DNA of 64,000 bases from Verrucomicrobiota bacterium (GTDB lineage: Bacteria; Verrucomicrobiota; Verrucomicrobiia; Opitutales; Coraliomargaritaceae). Position numbers and translations under genes: made by a program. Numbering within the stretch: the stretch's first letter is position 1; each line of letters opens with the position of its first letter. Below are positions 20,092 to 30,255 of this stretch, piece after piece. The notes below the pieces were generated by a model. That model did not search any database and had not been told where the DNA came from. It was given only the letters and a program-made list of their open reading frames with translations. The stretch covers positions 1-64,000 of the forward strand of contig JBCBZJ010000007.1 in NCBI GenBank assembly GCA_039815375.1, given 5' to 3'.

Positions 20092-22557
20092 TTAAGTCTT
20101 GAACCGGCCGGTTGTTTCCAAGAGCAGCTTTGCCTGCTGGTCCAGATACTCGGTTGATTCTTTATTGTTATCAGCCGTAGCCATGGCCTCTTCGGAAATT
20201 CCGGAGATCAGCTGCATGGTGTCCACAACCCCGACCGCGCCCGCAACCTGCTCCTTGGCGGAGTCGCTAATCTGGTTAATCAGCTGCGAGGAGTAGACTG
20301 AAGACTGAGCAATCTCGGAGAGCGACTCACCCGCTCGTGTAACGACCAAAGTTTCGTTTTCCACATTACCGATTTGAAGCTCCATGGATTCAACGGACTG
20401 ATTTGTTTCAGCTTGAATACCGCTGATGAGCTCTTCGATTTCCGCGGTTGCTGATGCAGCACGTTCTGCCAGTTTACGAACTTCTTCCGCAACGACAGTG
20501 AATCCTCGGCCATGCTCACCCGCACGAGCCGCCTCAATTGCGGCATTCAACGCCAACATATTGGTCTGTTCAGAAATGTCCTGAATGGTTCCGACAATTG
20601 AGGAAATCTCCATAGTGCTCTCACCGAGCTGCTTGATCTTCTTTGTGCTCGACTGCACGTCCTGCCGGATACGATCCATTCCGTCGATAACCGCGTTAAC
20701 CGCTTCCTGGCCAGCTTCCGCATGCTGCTGGGTGGTTTGCGCCGCTTCGGCCGCCTGGGTTGCGTTGTTCGCCACGGCTTCAATCATTTTCGCCATGTTT
20801 TCAACCGCACTCCGGGCTTTAACAATCTCTTCGGTCTGTTTACTCGCACCCTCACGCATATTTTCTGTTGAGGAGTTAATCGTGGTGGCTCGTGTCGCTA
20901 CGTCAGAAGCTGAATTTTTAATGTCGTTAATCGCGTCGCCGAGTTCTTCGGCCATAAGGTTGAACGCGTCGGCCACGTTACCCAGAGTTCCTTCCGTAAC
21001 GGGCGCACGCACAGTTAGGTCGCCGTCTGAACCATCGCTGGTAGCCATCAGAAGATTCTGGATACCGGATTGAAGTTGCGCACGCTCGGCTTCCGCCTTT
21101 TCACGACGTTCTTCCGTGGCACGTTCTGCGGCAACGAGGTTGGTAACCATCTGGTTGAAGTTATTTGCTAGAAGGCCAATTTCGTTGGAAGATGCAACCT
21201 CAGCCCGGATATCGAGATTACCCTGTGCAACCTCCTCGGAGACCTTCGAGAGGCTGGTGACCTTTTCCACGATGCCTTTCCTGAACCAGAAGAAAACCAC
21301 ACCGAGCACTACGACCACAACGACTGCACCAAAGGCACTGCGGGTAAACTCCTGTTGAGCAATCTTTGCCCCAAGTGCTGTTGCTGCAGTTCCTTCTTCA
21401 CCGGCGAGAAGCGAAATATTCGAAGCCAGCTTAATTGTTGCACCCGCTTCACCGAACCATTCAGCCGGTGTTTCTTTATAGACCGATTCGATTTCTACAG
21501 GTTCAAGAATTTTTGCTGTCTCCATTTCTTTTGAATCATTCGATTCAACGGCAGGCGCTGTTGGCGTTTCCGCTACCGCGAGCGCTGCTTCACTTTCGCT
21601 GATGCTGCTGTCGACATCGAGTTCTAAAGGCTCAAGAACCTCTGCACTCTCTGTTACTTCTGGATCATCCAGCTCAACTGCTGGTGCAGTTGGCACTTCC
21701 GCTATCTCAAGTGCTGCTTCACTCTGGCTGCGGATACTGTCAACAAAGTCTTTGAAACTGCCGTTGTAGCGTGCACGGAAGGCACGAATTTCATCTGCAA
21801 GCACTTCAGATGTCGCAGCCCGGTCCTGAATTTCGCTGAGCTTCTGGATCGCAGCGGTAACACGTGCGCTAAGCACCGAGAGGCGGGCATCGTTTACATC
21901 CGTGATCGGTACCTTACTGGAAAGCGTCGCACCGTAAACCGCACGTTGTTGACCAAGATAGTGAATGATGTCGGTGGCAGAAGCACGAACGATTGCATTA
22001 TAGAATGTTGTTTTTTCTGCTGCGTCACGAGGTGCGAAAGCAACCGCAATGAGCGCCTTTTCAGCATCGATATTTGCATTTGCAAGACCAAGCCATTCTT
22101 TTGAAGTAATGTCTTTCGCTTTTATGCGCTGACGTGCGGTGGTAAGTGCAATGTAAGAGTCTTTCCAGCTTTGCAGTGCAGTATCGAAGTCAGAATCATC
22201 CAGTTTCGTCTGAAGCTTTTCGGCCAGTTCGATGGAACGCTCAACGCGCTCGTCACCACGACTGCGGTTGAGCAAGTTAATATCAACGATTGCCTTACTG
22301 GGTTCACCAGCCGCCGCAATCATCGTATTACCCGATCCACGCTCAATCGCCTGAAAGGAGATCGCTTCCGAAAGCTCATCGGAAAGAGTGTTCAACTCGG
22401 ATAGTTCGAGCGAACGGGCTTGTTCGGCCCTGGACTTTTCCAGACTGGAGAAAACCGGGAATAGGATTACAACCGCGAGAATAATAATCGCGATAAGGAG
22501 CTCCGCAACCAGTGTACGGGAGCCTGTCTTGGTGCTGTCATTTTTTGGCGTATTCAT
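20092..22557 (-). CDS. Methyl-accepting chemotaxis protein (PilJ-like) with NIT-like sensor and HAMP
   Basis: Two TM helices; signalling hairpin [57 protein letters not shown] is PilJ-like; periplasmic QAIERG, LGQQRA and AEWF resemble NIT motifs. Confidence 0.92.
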   Translation of the reverse strand: MNTPKNDSTKTGSRTLVAELLIAIIILAVVILFPVFSSLEKSRAEQARSLELSELNTLSDELSEAISFQAIERGSGNTMIAAAGEPSKAIVDINLLNRSRGDERVERSIELAEKLQTKLDDSDFDTALQSWKDSYIALTTARQRIKAKDITSKEWLGLANANIDAEKALIAVAFAPRDAAEKTTFYNAIVRASATDIIHYLGQQRAVYGATLSSKVPITDVNDARLSVLSARVTAAIQKLSEIQDRAATSEVLADEIRAFRARYNGSFKDFVDSIRSQSEAALEIAEVPTAPAVELDDPEVTESAEVLEPLELDVDSSISESEAALAVAETPTAPAVESNDSKEMETAKILEPVEIESVYKETPAEWFGEAGATIKLASNISLLAGEEGTAATALGAKIAQQEFTRSAFGAVVVVVVLGVVFFWFRKGIVEKVTSLSKVSEEVAQGNLDIRAEVASSNEIGLLANNFNQMVTNLVAAERATEERREKAEAERAQLQSGIQNLLMATSDGSDGDLTVRAPVTEGTLGNVADAFNLMAEELGDAINDIKNSASDVATRATTINSSTENMREGASKQTEEIVKARSAVENMAKMIEAVANNATQAAEAAQTTQQHAEAGQEAVNAVIDGMDRIRQDVQSSTKKIKQLGESTMEISSIVGTIQDISEQTNMLALNAAIEAARAGEHGRGFTVVAEEVRKLAERAASATAEIEELISGIQAETNQSVESMELQIGNVENETLVVTRAGESLSEIAQSSVYSSQLINQISDSAKEQVAGAVGVVDTMQLISGISEEAMATADNNKESTEYLDQQAKLLLETTGRFKT
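21478..21724 (-). repeat. Imperfect 129-bp (43-aa) tandem duplication inside the MCP sensor domain
   Basis: GCTGCTTCACT at 21584 and 21713 (129 apart). Protein: [35 protein letters not shown] / [35 protein letters not shown]. Confidence 0.85.
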
Positions 22558-22573
22558 GATCGTGAATTGTTTG

Positions 22574-23023
22574 TTAGCTTGAGATTTGGCCGATTTGGTG
22601 AATTAAAGATTCTACATTGATTGAGGTGAAAATCGTGCCGTCTGCCATGGCAACGAGGTGCGAGAAATATCCCGTCTCAGCTTCATATGGGTGAGGGTGA
22701 TGTGCAGATTCCTCTGCGACGAGAACACCTTTGGTTCGATCAATCTGGATGCCGAAGGTGATCTTGTTATGCGAAATCACAATGATGGGCTTCTCTGGGT
22801 CATACTCTATCGCATCGGTCAGCAGCCATCTGTCAGGAAGTAGGATCGGCAAAACCGTATTTCTGAGATTCACTACACCAACGAGCTCAGGGCGAGTGCC
22901 CGGGAAAACACGGAGCTGATCAAGATTCGAAGATTCGCGTACATAGTTCGTGTCGAATCCGAAGAGCTGATCGCCACGTTGAGCTACGTAGTAGGTTGTC
23001 GCCTGTGATTCCGCTGTACTCAT
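22574..23023 (-). CDS. cheW: CheW/PilI coupling protein
   Basis: [10 protein letters not shown]...[21 protein letters not shown]...GIQID; lies between the CheY-like and MCP genes. Confidence 0.85.
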   Translation of the reverse strand: MSTAESQATTYYVAQRGDQLFGFDTNYVRESSNLDQLRVFPGTRPELVGVVNLRNTVLPILLPDRWLLTDAIEYDPEKPIIVISHNKITFGIQIDRTKGVLVAEESAHHPHPYEAETGYFSHLVAMADGTIFTSINVESLIHQIGQISS

Positions 23024-23028
23024 CAGAC

Positions 23029-23391
23029 TTAACTTAAGGCGTTGCCGACCGAAGCGAGGAGGGCAGCTTCTTCGATTGGTTTGGTTATATAGTCAGATGC
23101 GCCTTGTTTCATGCCCCAGAACTTATCGGTCTCCTCGGACTTAGAGCTGACAAGAATAACCGGTATATCTTTAGTCTCTCCATTGCGCTTCACCTTGCGA
23201 CAGACTTGGAAGCCATCGAGCTTCGGCATGACAATATCTGATACAATCAGGTCTGGCATCTCCTTACCCACAAGTGCGAGTCCGTCTTCACCATTGTCAG
23301 CATTGATCACAGTGTGGCCGATCGATTTAAGCATTTTATTAACAACTAAGCTATCTGTTTGCGCGTCTTCGATTAGTAGTATTTTCGCCAT
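23029..23391 (-). CDS. Single-domain response regulator, PilH/CheY-like
   Basis: ILLIED, SDIVMPKLDGFQVCR, TKDIPVILVSSK..ETDKFWGMKQGASDYITKP: PilH-like signature. Confidence 0.9.
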   Translation of the reverse strand: MAKILLIEDAQTDSLVVNKMLKSIGHTVINADNGEDGLALVGKEMPDLIVSDIVMPKLDGFQVCRKVKRNGETKDIPVILVSSKSEETDKFWGMKQGASDYITKPIEEAALLASVGNALS

Positions 23392-23427
23392 TTTGATTTG
23401 TTAATTTAAGTTTATTTGGGTTGGTGG

Positions 23428-25371
23428 TTAAAAATTCTCCTGCAGGATCTCCAGCCGTGCGCGCTCTTCTTCGAATCGATTGCAATGTTCGAAAAACAAT
23501 TCTTCGTTGTGGAGAAGTTGGTTCTCGCGCTTTTGTAATTCGCGTTCGACTGCATCCAACTTTGCCTCTCTTGCCTGGAGGCGCTTATTGATGCTCTCGA
23601 GCTCGTTGGGATCAGTGTTGATGGGGTGTGTCCGCGAACGCAATTTCTCGATCACGCGTCCGAGCAGTTTATCGAATTCACGCACACGAAATGGAGCCTT
23701 TTTGTATTCGTCAGGCTTCATCCGAATGATCTCTTCAAAATCACTATCCTCCCCACGTGGATCGGCAACGATTACAATCAGCTCTTCGTCCCGGGTGCGA
23801 AGTTTTTGGATGAGCCCGGATGTTTCTTTTGGCATTATAGCTCCGCCGTCGATCACGATTGCGATATCACCTTTTTCGGCTGCGAGAATAGCGTCTTTCT
23901 CACATGTCGAAAATTGTATGTCTAAGTCTTCCTTCGAGCTTTGGTTTTCAAGGATTGAAATTAGGGAATGATCCGTTGTCAGAGCGAGCACACCAATTTT
24001 TTCCGAAATCATGTTTCGAGTAGAAAGCGGCTCAGGTTTTCCGATCTTCTCGAGGAGTCCAAAGCGGTAGAGTGTGTGAATTGTATCCGACACACGAGAG
24101 GGTGCTTCGCCAAGAGTAGACGCCAATTCCGTGACAGAATATTCAAACTGAAGAAAGTCATAAACCACGACCTCAAATGAAGTCAGAAAGGGGATATGCC
24201 ATTTTTTCTGCGCTTTGTAGCGATGGCCGAAACGATTAACCAAATCGCCGATTTCACGACTTACGAGCCCCCATCCATGTATACGGCGCAGAGACCTGAG
24301 AACGAAATCAGCGACATCACAGTTCAGGCTGTTATCGATTGCCCAGCTCGGCGCGATCTCATCCTCCCAGAACTTGAACTGACATTCACTTATAAACAGC
24401 CGACTGAGGAAGGTTTCGGACCCTTCTACAAGCATAGTGAAGAGGTCGGCTCCTGAGCCAAAAAGTGCAGGGTCCTGAAGAAGGGCGGGCTTTCCATCTT
24501 CCTCCTGAAGATTTTTCGCACGAAGTAAAAGCTTCTCATCGAAATCAGACGGATCGATGGGCAGAGAAGCCAGATAAGAATTGGCATTCTTTGTACCGAT
24601 ACCAACGACCATTCCTTTGTGGAGATGGATCTCGGCGCGGATCTCTGAACCAAGTAACTCAAGACGACCGGTTTTATTACCTTCGGAAAGAAAATGGAGC
24701 AACTCAAAGGTCGATTCGCTATCAAAATGCCCTGTTTTGTCAGGATGTTTTGCTTCGTTAGCAGATTCATCCGATAAATTTGTCCGATCAAGCGATTTGA
24801 TTAATTCCGGATGGAGCAAGAAGGGAAGATAGTAATCACGCGGATTCGCATTCCCGCGCTTTGCCTCCAATGCCGGAATATGAGGTGTGGCTCGCTTCAG
24901 GCCTTTTTCGAGAACAATCTGCAACTGGCTCGGGTTAGCCTTGCTGTTTTGCTGCGAGCGCCCCGTGGTCCTGCTGAGACTTTCAAAGTTGCCCAGTCCG
25001 AATGCTGATTCCGCTGTCTCGAGGACAGCGTCCCTGGTAAAAGGCTTGGTCAGGGTTTTAATAACATTTTCTTGAAACTTTGAAAGGCGCTCGATTTCGG
25101 CGCCTTTACTACTCATTAACACAACTGGAACCTCCGTGTAATGCATGTTGACAAGGAGCGCTTCGAGGAATTCCGATGCGGTAGAGTCCGGAAGCATATA
25201 GTCCAGAAAGATGAGATCGTAATAGGTGCGGTTCAGCTCTTCCAAACCTGCTTTTGCAGAAGCACACTCCTTAACTTCTGCTGTGCTCGACTCAAACGAC
25301 TTTAAGATAACCTTCCTAACGGTAAGGCTGTCATCTATGACCATGATCCGTTTTTTCGAATTACTAGTCAT
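23428..25371 (-). CDS. PatA-like response regulator: REC + DUF4388 + degenerate REC + coiled coil
   Basis: N-terminal REC (VIDDS, FLDYMLP, KPF); DUF4388-like FELLHFLSEGNKTGRLEL...LHKGMVV; second REC-like segment (IVIDGG, KAPF); heptad C-terminus. Start moved to ATG 25371 because the upstream ATGs overlap the sigma-54 site. Confidence 0.8.
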   Translation of the reverse strand: MTSNSKKRIMVIDDSLTVRKVILKSFESSTAEVKECASAKAGLEELNRTYYDLIFLDYMLPDSTASEFLEALLVNMHYTEVPVVLMSSKGAEIERLSKFQENVIKTLTKPFTRDAVLETAESAFGLGNFESLSRTTGRSQQNSKANPSQLQIVLEKGLKRATPHIPALEAKRGNANPRDYYLPFLLHPELIKSLDRTNLSDESANEAKHPDKTGHFDSESTFELLHFLSEGNKTGRLELLGSEIRAEIHLHKGMVVGIGTKNANSYLASLPIDPSDFDEKLLLRAKNLQEEDGKPALLQDPALFGSGADLFTMLVEGSETFLSRLFISECQFKFWEDEIAPSWAIDNSLNCDVADFVLRSLRRIHGWGLVSREIGDLVNRFGHRYKAQKKWHIPFLTSFEVVVYDFLQFEYSVTELASTLGEAPSRVSDTIHTLYRFGLLEKIGKPEPLSTRNMISEKIGVLALTTDHSLISILENQSSKEDLDIQFSTCEKDAILAAEKGDIAIVIDGGAIMPKETSGLIQKLRTRDEELIVIVADPRGEDSDFEEIIRMKPDEYKKAPFRVREFDKLLGRVIEKLRSRTHPINTDPNELESINKRLQAREAKLDAVERELQKRENQLLHNEELFFEHCNRFEEERARLEILQENF

Positions 25372-25417
25372 CTGCGGTGTGATTTCGGTCAGTTCAATAA
25401 GAGGAAGATTCATACCG

Positions 25418-25433
25418 TGCATTTGACGTGCCA
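25418..25433 (-). promoter_or_regulatory. Sigma-54 (-24/-12) promoter of the chemosensory operon
   Basis: Minus strand TGGCACGTCAAATGCA = TGGCAC-N5-ATGCA, exact GG-N10-GC spacing, one mismatch to TGGCAC-N5-TTGCA, about 47 nt before ATG 25371, with a long AT-rich region upstream. Confidence 0.7.
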
Positions 25434-26191
25434 GTTTAGATTTTTAGATAGCGTATGGTGTTAAAAGAAATTGCGTATCATACCTAGGGGTTACATGGAA
25501 AATGCCACTTGTATAGCCTTATATCGCGTGTCCTATTTCATTTACTTGTTTTTGATGATTTGAAATGGATTTCGGAATAATCAGTAAAATTCAGGTCTGC
25601 GGGACGATTTGACAATTTTAAGCAAATCAAATTCGCTAATCTTATTTTAATTTGTTAAAATGATTTAAAACATAAACATGTATTCATAAAAAATAAAACT
25701 ACACTTCATGAACGACGTTCATCTGTTGATTAACTTCTGGATTTCGCATGAATTATAATAATGCAAAACGTATTTAAAAGATAAATACTTCTCAAAGAAA
25801 CCGCTCTTCTTATGATTTAGGGAGCCTTCGACCTCTTATCCGTTTCGATTAAGATTGTGACCCATCAAACGAGATCTGACTAATCGATGCTCGGGAAAAT
25901 AGCCCTTTGCGAATTGGCACAGATTTTGAAATTCGCGGTTTCGTGAAAATCCGACTACAATTCCAACCGAAATGAGATATCAGCCCGCAGGTGGGTGAAA
26001 TGAATACAATCCGGATCTTTTTTGATTTTTTATGTTGGATTCCAAGATCAAGTAGCTCTGTCAGGCATTTTCACGACTTCAAATTAGCCTAAAATTGCAC
26101 ATATTCTGGTTTATCCAGAAATTTGGCCACTTCGAGAAGGGGTGCAATTGGGGCAAAACCTTAATTTTTTAAGTAAATAGCGTGAAATAAA

Positions 26192-28990
26192 TTAAATGCT
26201 GAGTAGCTGCTTTGCCTGAGCTTCTAGCTCAGAAGCGCTTTCAAGCTGGGTGGCAGCGCCACGGGCCATATCCGGTTTGCCTCCGCCTTTGCCGCCTGCT
26301 ATCGGAGCGAGTGACTGGATCAGGCTGCCAGCGTTGTGATCGTTACCACCAAGTGCGCCTAAGTGTAGCTTCTCACCATCGTTGACGATAAGGAAAGCTG
26401 TATGATTGAATTGGCGCGACTTAAGTCCATTCAACAGCTCTTGGAGTAATGCGGCGGGTCCTTTCGTGGAGATGATCAGATTTTTGTCCAGGTCCAGATT
26501 CTCGATTAGAGAGGTCGCTGTTTTGGCAGCTCCGGCAACCTGAACTTTCTTCAATGCCTTGTCGGCCTGAACAGTGGTTTGTTTCAAACCTTCAAGATGG
26601 CGGAACGTCTCTTTGAAAACCTTGTTCTTTTGTTCGAATGTTCCCGTAACCAACATGCCCGCCATAATATGAGGGAACTGCGGATAAGTGACTTGATTCG
26701 ATCCAAGCTCTTTGAGTTGCAGGTTAATACCGTCCAACTTGGCTCGAAGCTCTTCATCCTGTTGGCTTACTTTTTCAAGATTGCTGTGAATCCAGTCGTA
26801 TGCCGCTGTGCCGCAAACAGCCTCGATCCGGCGGATGCCTGCAGCGATTGCGCCCTCGGATTTGATTTTGAAAAGACCGATTTCGGAAGTGTTGCGCACA
26901 TGAGTCCCGCCGCAGAGCTCCATGGAGTAACCGTTGAGTTGTCCAGACTCGCCGCCGATTTGTACGACACGGACGAAGTCACCATACTTATCACCGAAGA
27001 ATTGCTGAATATCGCTCCTCTCCTTGACCGCGGTGTGTGGCACTTCTTTCCAGCTCACGGTATCGGCAGCTTCAATGCATGAATTCACCTTCAGCTCAAT
27101 TGCATCGATTTGATCCTGGGTTAATGCACCGGAGTTGAAGTCGAAGCGCAGACGTGTGCGGCTGACAAGTGAGCCCTGTTGAGCTGCGTCGGTTGAAACA
27201 ATTTCATGTAAAGCCCAGTGCAAAAGGTGAGTGGCACTGTGATGCGCTTCGATGGGGCGGCGACGTTCAGGATCAAGCGTAAGTGTGACCGTGTCGCCAA
27301 CTTTGACTGCAGTATCCAGCGGTAGGCTGTGCGCTCGCGCGGCGCGGAGTTGTTGAACTGCACTTACGGGATAGTCGATTCCATCGGCAGTAAGCGTGCC
27401 TTGGTCGCCCAGTTGGCCACCCATTTCAGCATAGAAAGGAGTGCGGTCGGTGACGATGAGAAGGGCATCTTCCTGAGTGTGAATTTCGAGAACGGTGGCG
27501 GTGCTTTCGTCTTCTTCGAAGCCAGTAAACTCAGTCACCGCTTCGGTCGCGATCTCGGCAGCCTTAACGAGCTGCTGGGTGCGTGCAGCACGTGCACGTT
27601 CGCGTTGCGCTTCCATATGAGCCTCAAAGGTTACCATATCCACTGAGACGCCGCGTTCGGAACAAAGCAATTGCGTCAGATCGATCGGAAAGCCGTAGGT
27701 ATCGTAGAGTTTGAAGGCGAATTCACCGCATAGCTCTCTCTGGCTGCTCGAGACTTCTTCTTCGAACATCGCCAACCCGCGGTCGAGGGTTTCGTTAAAA
27801 CTGGCTTCTTCACGTTGAAGGTTTTCCTTAATCGCAGCGGCGCGTTCTTTTAGTTCAGGAAATACGCCACCCATCTCGCGAACGAGTGTATCCACAAGCT
27901 TCGGTAAAAAGGTCTCAGAACTCGAAAATCCGAGTGTTCGGCCATAGCGCACCGCCCGTCGAAGGATTCGGCGGAGCACGTAGTTTCGGCCTGTATTCCC
28001 AAGTAGGATACCGTCGGCGAGTGAGAATGAGAGAGTGCGGATATGATCGGCAATGACACGAAAGGCAATTGCTTCCTTCATGACGGTGGAGAGCGTGGAC
28101 TTATCGCTGTTCACCGATTCCGGATAAATATCGTGGTAGGTCTTGCCCGATAGCTCCTCAAGTGTGCGGAAAATTGGCTGGAAGACGTCAGTTGCGTAGT
28201 TGCTCGGCTTGTTCGAGAAGTCAGTAAAGCCTTTGGTGTTTTGAATGAGTGAGCAGGCGCGCTCGAAGCCCATACCAGTGTCGACGTGTTTGGCCGGTAA
28301 CTCCCGGAAGCTACCATCGGCTTCAGCATTGAATTGAATAAAGACGAGGTTCCAAATCTCGATGCAGAGGTCAGAGTCCTGATTGACAAGTTTGCCCCTG
28401 GTGTCGCCTTTAGGCGTGAGGTCAACATGAAGCTCGGAGCAGGGCCCGCAAGGGCCCGTTTCGCCCATCATCCAGAAGTTGTCCTTCACGTTGCCGTTGA
28501 CGATATGGACCTTAGGATCAAGTCCCTTGGATTCGAAGAGCACTGCCCAATAGTCGTAGGCTTCCTGATCGAATTCGGAAGGGTCACCTTCGCCCGGTGC
28601 GTAGACGGTAGCGTAAAGACGCTCTGCAGGGACGCCCCAGTGTTCCACAATGAGCTCCCAGCCCCATTCAATGGCCTCCTTCTTGAAGTAGTTGCCGAAA
28701 GACCAATTGCCCAGCATCTCAAAGAAAGTATGGTGGTAGGTATCATAACCGACGTCCTCGAGGTCGTTATGCTTACCACCCGCACGAATACATTTCTGCG
28801 TGTCTGCTGCGCGTGGTGGATCATAAGGGGCCTTTTCCGTGCCGAGAAAGTAGGGCACGAACTGGTTCATTCCCGCATTGGTGAAAAGTAAACCGGGTGA
28901 TTGCGGCATGAGAGATGCAGATGGCACAATGCTGTGCTGCTTCTCTTTGAAGAAATCGAGGAAGGACTGGCGAATCTCGGCGGAGGTCAT
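26192..28990 (-). CDS. alaS: Alanine--tRNA ligase
   Basis: LLFTNAGMNQF, HHTFFEMLGNWSFG, DTGMGFER, editing motifs HSATHLLH and ELCGGTH, GGKGGGKPDMARG. Confidence 0.98.
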   Translation of the reverse strand: MTSAEIRQSFLDFFKEKQHSIVPSASLMPQSPGLLFTNAGMNQFVPYFLGTEKAPYDPPRAADTQKCIRAGGKHNDLEDVGYDTYHHTFFEMLGNWSFGNYFKKEAIEWGWELIVEHWGVPAERLYATVYAPGEGDPSEFDQEAYDYWAVLFESKGLDPKVHIVNGNVKDNFWMMGETGPCGPCSELHVDLTPKGDTRGKLVNQDSDLCIEIWNLVFIQFNAEADGSFRELPAKHVDTGMGFERACSLIQNTKGFTDFSNKPSNYATDVFQPIFRTLEELSGKTYHDIYPESVNSDKSTLSTVMKEAIAFRVIADHIRTLSFSLADGILLGNTGRNYVLRRILRRAVRYGRTLGFSSSETFLPKLVDTLVREMGGVFPELKERAAAIKENLQREEASFNETLDRGLAMFEEEVSSSQRELCGEFAFKLYDTYGFPIDLTQLLCSERGVSVDMVTFEAHMEAQRERARAARTQQLVKAAEIATEAVTEFTGFEEDESTATVLEIHTQEDALLIVTDRTPFYAEMGGQLGDQGTLTADGIDYPVSAVQQLRAARAHSLPLDTAVKVGDTVTLTLDPERRRPIEAHHSATHLLHWALHEIVSTDAAQQGSLVSRTRLRFDFNSGALTQDQIDAIELKVNSCIEAADTVSWKEVPHTAVKERSDIQQFFGDKYGDFVRVVQIGGESGQLNGYSMELCGGTHVRNTSEIGLFKIKSEGAIAAGIRRIEAVCGTAAYDWIHSNLEKVSQQDEELRAKLDGINLQLKELGSNQVTYPQFPHIMAGMLVTGTFEQKNKVFKETFRHLEGLKQTTVQADKALKKVQVAGAAKTATSLIENLDLDKNLIISTKGPAALLQELLNGLKSRQFNHTAFLIVNDGEKLHLGALGGNDHNAGSLIQSLAPIAGGKGGGKPDMARGAATQLESASELEAQAKQLLSI

Positions 28991-29001
28991 TTCGGATAGA
29001 T

Positions 29002-29075
29002 TTTCTAAACCCGTAGATCACGCAGATTTGCGCAGACTAAATCTGTTAGAATCCGTGCTCATCTGTGGATAGAAA
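29002..29075. repeat. Triple-6-mer imperfect inverted repeat A (RCAGAT class), leuB-alaS gap
   Basis: TTTCTA aaccc GTAGAT cac GCAGAT ttgc GCAGAC taa ATCTGT taga ATCCGT gctc ATCTGT gga TAGAAA. Confidence 0.8.
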
Positions 29076-29076
29076 T

Positions 29077-30177
29077 TTAAAGATTATTCAGAACGGCGTT
29101 ACCCATCGCTTTGGTGCTTACGGCATCGAGTCCGAAGGCGATATCGCCTGTGCGGGTGCCAGAGGTGACAGCTTTTTTGACGGAGGCTTCGATGGCCGCG
29201 GCAGCTTCGACCTCGCCGAAACTATAGCGGAGCATGAGGGCACCGGAAAGAATTTGCGCGCAGGGATTGGCAATGCCTTGGCCGGCTATATCCGGAGCGG
29301 TGCCACCGGATGGCTCATAAAGGCCGAAGGGGAAACCAAGACTGTTCTTTTCTGCACCGAGGGATGCAGAAGCCAGCATACCCAGAGAACCGCAGATCAC
29401 ACCCATTTCATCTGAGAGGATATCGCCGAACATATTTTCGGTAAAGAGTACATCGAACTGATTTGGGTCTCGAGCCAGCTGCATGGCAGCATTGTCGACA
29501 TACATATGAGAGAGCTCGATTTCGGGAGCGTGTTTCGCGAAGTAATCCGTCACAATCTTACGCCAGAGGACCGAAGTTTCGAGAACGTTGGCCTTGTCTA
29601 CCGAGCAAACGCGCTTGCCGCGGGACATAGCGGTGTCGATCGCGACCTGTGCAATACGTTCGATCTCGCTGGTTTTGTATACCATCGTATCGATGGCTTG
29701 CTCTTCCCCGTTATCCAAAGTCGTAGTCGCCTTTGGTTGGCCGAAATAGATGCCACCAGTGAGCTCACGAATGCAAACGATGTCGATGCCGGTAGGAATA
29801 CGCTCTTTTTTCAGTGGGGAGGCGTCGGTTAGCTCAGGATAGAGTAGGCCCGGTCTGACATTGGCGTAGAGTGAGTAGGCTTTACGGATTGGCAACAGAG
29901 CAGCACGCTCGGGTTGTTCCTTCGGTGGAAGCGTCTCCCATTTCGGGCCTCCGACCGAACCGAAGAGAATCGCCTCACTCTTGTCGCAGACCGCCTTGGT
30001 GCTATCTGGAAAGGCAACGCCATGGTTGTCGATCGCGGCCCCACCGATGTCGGCGTTCTCGTATTCGAGAGTAAAGCCGAACTTTCCGCCGGCGGCTTTA
30101 AGGATGTCTAGCGCGACCTCCATGACTTCGGGCCCGATACCATCGCCGGGTAGAACTGCGAATTTAAGCGTCTTCAT
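29077..30177 (-). CDS. leuB: 3-isopropylmalate dehydrogenase
   Basis: LPGDGIGPEV, GSVGGPKW, RELTGGIYFG, VDKANVL, NMFGDILSDE, EPSGGTAPDIAG. Confidence 0.97.
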   Translation of the reverse strand: MKTLKFAVLPGDGIGPEVMEVALDILKAAGGKFGFTLEYENADIGGAAIDNHGVAFPDSTKAVCDKSEAILFGSVGGPKWETLPPKEQPERAALLPIRKAYSLYANVRPGLLYPELTDASPLKKERIPTGIDIVCIRELTGGIYFGQPKATTTLDNGEEQAIDTMVYKTSEIERIAQVAIDTAMSRGKRVCSVDKANVLETSVLWRKIVTDYFAKHAPEIELSHMYVDNAAMQLARDPNQFDVLFTENMFGDILSDEMGVICGSLGMLASASLGAEKNSLGFPFGLYEPSGGTAPDIAGQGIANPCAQILSGALMLRYSFGEVEAAAAIEASVKKAVTSGTRTGDIAFGLDAVSTKAMGNAVLNNL

Positions 30178-30255
30178 TTATGGAAAAAGCGGGTAATCTG
30201 CCCCGCAGTTCCGACGCTTCAAGACTATATTCTTTCCTGCAAGCTTCTGCCGTGC

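Noticed and set aside
25909..25954. GCGAAT..ACAGAT..ATTCGC..TTTCGT..ATCCGA, possible fifth triple-6-mer element; overlaps TGGCACAGATTTTGAA
   Set aside because: Only two left units of mixed class and not at an operon junction; the sigma-54-like reading lacks the -12 GC and points at no gene start.
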